Shown here: positions 62,631 through 64,000 of the stretch, piece after piece
Position numbering within the stretch: the stretch's first letter is position 1
How the letters are laid out: the number at the start of each line of letters is the position of its first letter
DNA from: Octopus sinensis
Taxonomy: Eukaryota
DNA: 64,000 nt
Assembly: GCF_006345805.1 (NCBI RefSeq)
Contig: NW_021825323.1
Span: 310,001 to 374,000, forward strand
Direction of reading: 5' to 3'
The notes under the pieces: generated by a model
The model's input: only the letters and a program-made list of their open reading frames with translations
Database searches by the model: none
What the model was told of the DNA's origin: nothing
Program-made: the position numbers and the translations under genes

Positions 62631-63839
62631 AATTAAGAATCATTGAAGGAAAGGTTTTTAAGCTGCTTATAAAAAGTTTTGGTTATTTGAAAAAAGACTG
62701 TTTCTTCATCGTCTTTGTTTAAGTGTACATTAAGAGAGAGCATTTTACATGTATCGATTAGGTAGAAGTGGCAACTGTTTACATCGTCCCAAAAGATTAT
62801 GATGTTCTTATGCGCGACTTCTAATAGATACTCTAAAAGGAATTAAAAAAATGATTGTTAAGTTTCTAAAAAATTACGATATTCTATTTTTTCTGATTTT
62901 AGAGACATCTAGCTTTTTACTCATTTTATCGTCGGACATGAAATCGAGTCAAGACTGAAACCATGACAGCTGTCATCAATGCTAAAATTGTTAGAAAATT
63001 TTGCAACAATAGTGACAGATTTTCCGTCGAACAATAAACATTCTTCAATAAAATACATTAATAATGGAGTGGCCCTCCATTGTGGAACCGGATTGTTTGA
63101 AAAAGATCGACACACAGTAATAAAGAAGTAAAGATTCTCTGGTCCTACCTATGATTAATTAAAAATATTAACTTTTTACTCTTTACTTAAATAAAGTGTG
63201 TGTCCTGCACATGCGGGACTATAAACATTGTGGCTCTTGTGAAGTGCTACTAATAATAATGGCTTAAGTTACGTTCTAATTAATAAGCCCACATGTTTAT
63301 TTAGTGGTCAAATTGAAATTTTGATTTCAGTTTTCAAGTTTTATTTATTTAACCTAAGAATCACCAACAGTTAATTAGGGTAATTAATTAGGTGATTCCA
63401 ACAATCCTCAAGATCTTTCTCAGCTTTTCCCAATTTTTAACCCTGGACCCAACGCAAGTGCGGGACGTTAACAGTTCCCCAATAGCGACATTTATGCGCT
63501 TGACAGATGTTTACTATAGAAGCAACTTTGTAGTCTAAACTCTTAATTTCACTCTTCATTTTTTGAAATAATAATTTTTTAATTATTTACTTTAAATATT
63601 TTTTAATTCTGTGCATATAAAATTTTTAATCGCCATCCTGTGACTTGTTCCCAAATTTGGCAACTAAACGGGGTTTAACTGTATTTATTTACAAAATTAA
63701 TTGCATTTTAAACTAAATTTACATTAAAAATTAATCATCAAAACCATAATTACCACACTTAAACTGTGTTAATAATCTAAGGAAATACATGAAAAATAAA
63801 TCGAATAATAAACAACTATTAATAGAAATAAGTCAGATT

Positions 63840-64000
63840 TTAGCCAAGATAAGGAGGGAGACCAACCTTTTCAGGCTTGAAGTTCTCAAAAGAGTCAATC
63901 CTCAATTTAACTTGCATATCCAGCTGGTTGTCTTGTACTACTTGATCTGGAATCCAAACAACTTGCATCCCCGCTCGTATACCCGCCCATGCTCCGTTAA
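63840..64000 (-). CDS. PUDP: 3' end of pseudouridine-5'-phosphatase (HDHD1/GS1-like HAD hydrolase); runs off the window
   Basis: NGAWAGIRAGMQVVWIPD...IDSFENFKPEKVGLPPYLG*. Confidence 0.82.
   Translation of the reverse strand, partial: NGAWAGIRAGMQVVWIPDQVVQDNQLDMQVKLRIDSFENFKPEKVGLPPYLG

Noticed and set aside
1-64000. tRNA, rRNA, snRNA or spliced-leader RNA genes
   Set aside because: None recognised by eye; a covariance-model scan would be needed to exclude them.
1-64000. Prokaryotic, organellar or microsporidian origin
   Set aside because: Spliceosomal introns, eukaryotic TEs, and complex I and centriole genes argue against all three.

Overview
AT-rich eukaryotic nuclear DNA, most likely from an animal. 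About 11 conserved host genes can be reconstructed: NDUFB11, a copine, NMRAL1-like, TMEM267, SLC46-like, CEP350-like, OXA1L, COMMD4, TOPBP1, QRICH2-like and the 3' end of PUDP/HDHD1. Where I reconstructed their introns, they are ultra-short GT-AG introns, mostly 23-32 nt. The genes form compact islands among dense, often nested transposon debris: Tc1 (one with DD35E spacing), pogo/Tigger, hAT, Ginger-like integrase elements, a Helitron end, and RTE, Jockey/I-like, CRE-clade and R4/Dong-like non-LTR elements. Highlights: (1) an apparently intact Buster/Charlie hAT element whose transposase is split by two host-style micro-introns (24 and 27 nt) that hide in-frame stops; (2) three hAT insertions that all duplicate NNNTAGAC; (3) a 30-nt GNRA-capped stem-loop conserved at three LINE 3' ends; (4) a TGT..ACA Ginger-like element with a 5-bp TSD; (5) many relics of an R4-like family I recall mainly from microsporidian genomes. 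All assignments come from reading motifs by eye; no database search was run. Coordinates of degraded relics and some gene ends are approximate. I recognised no tRNA, rRNA or CRISPR features.
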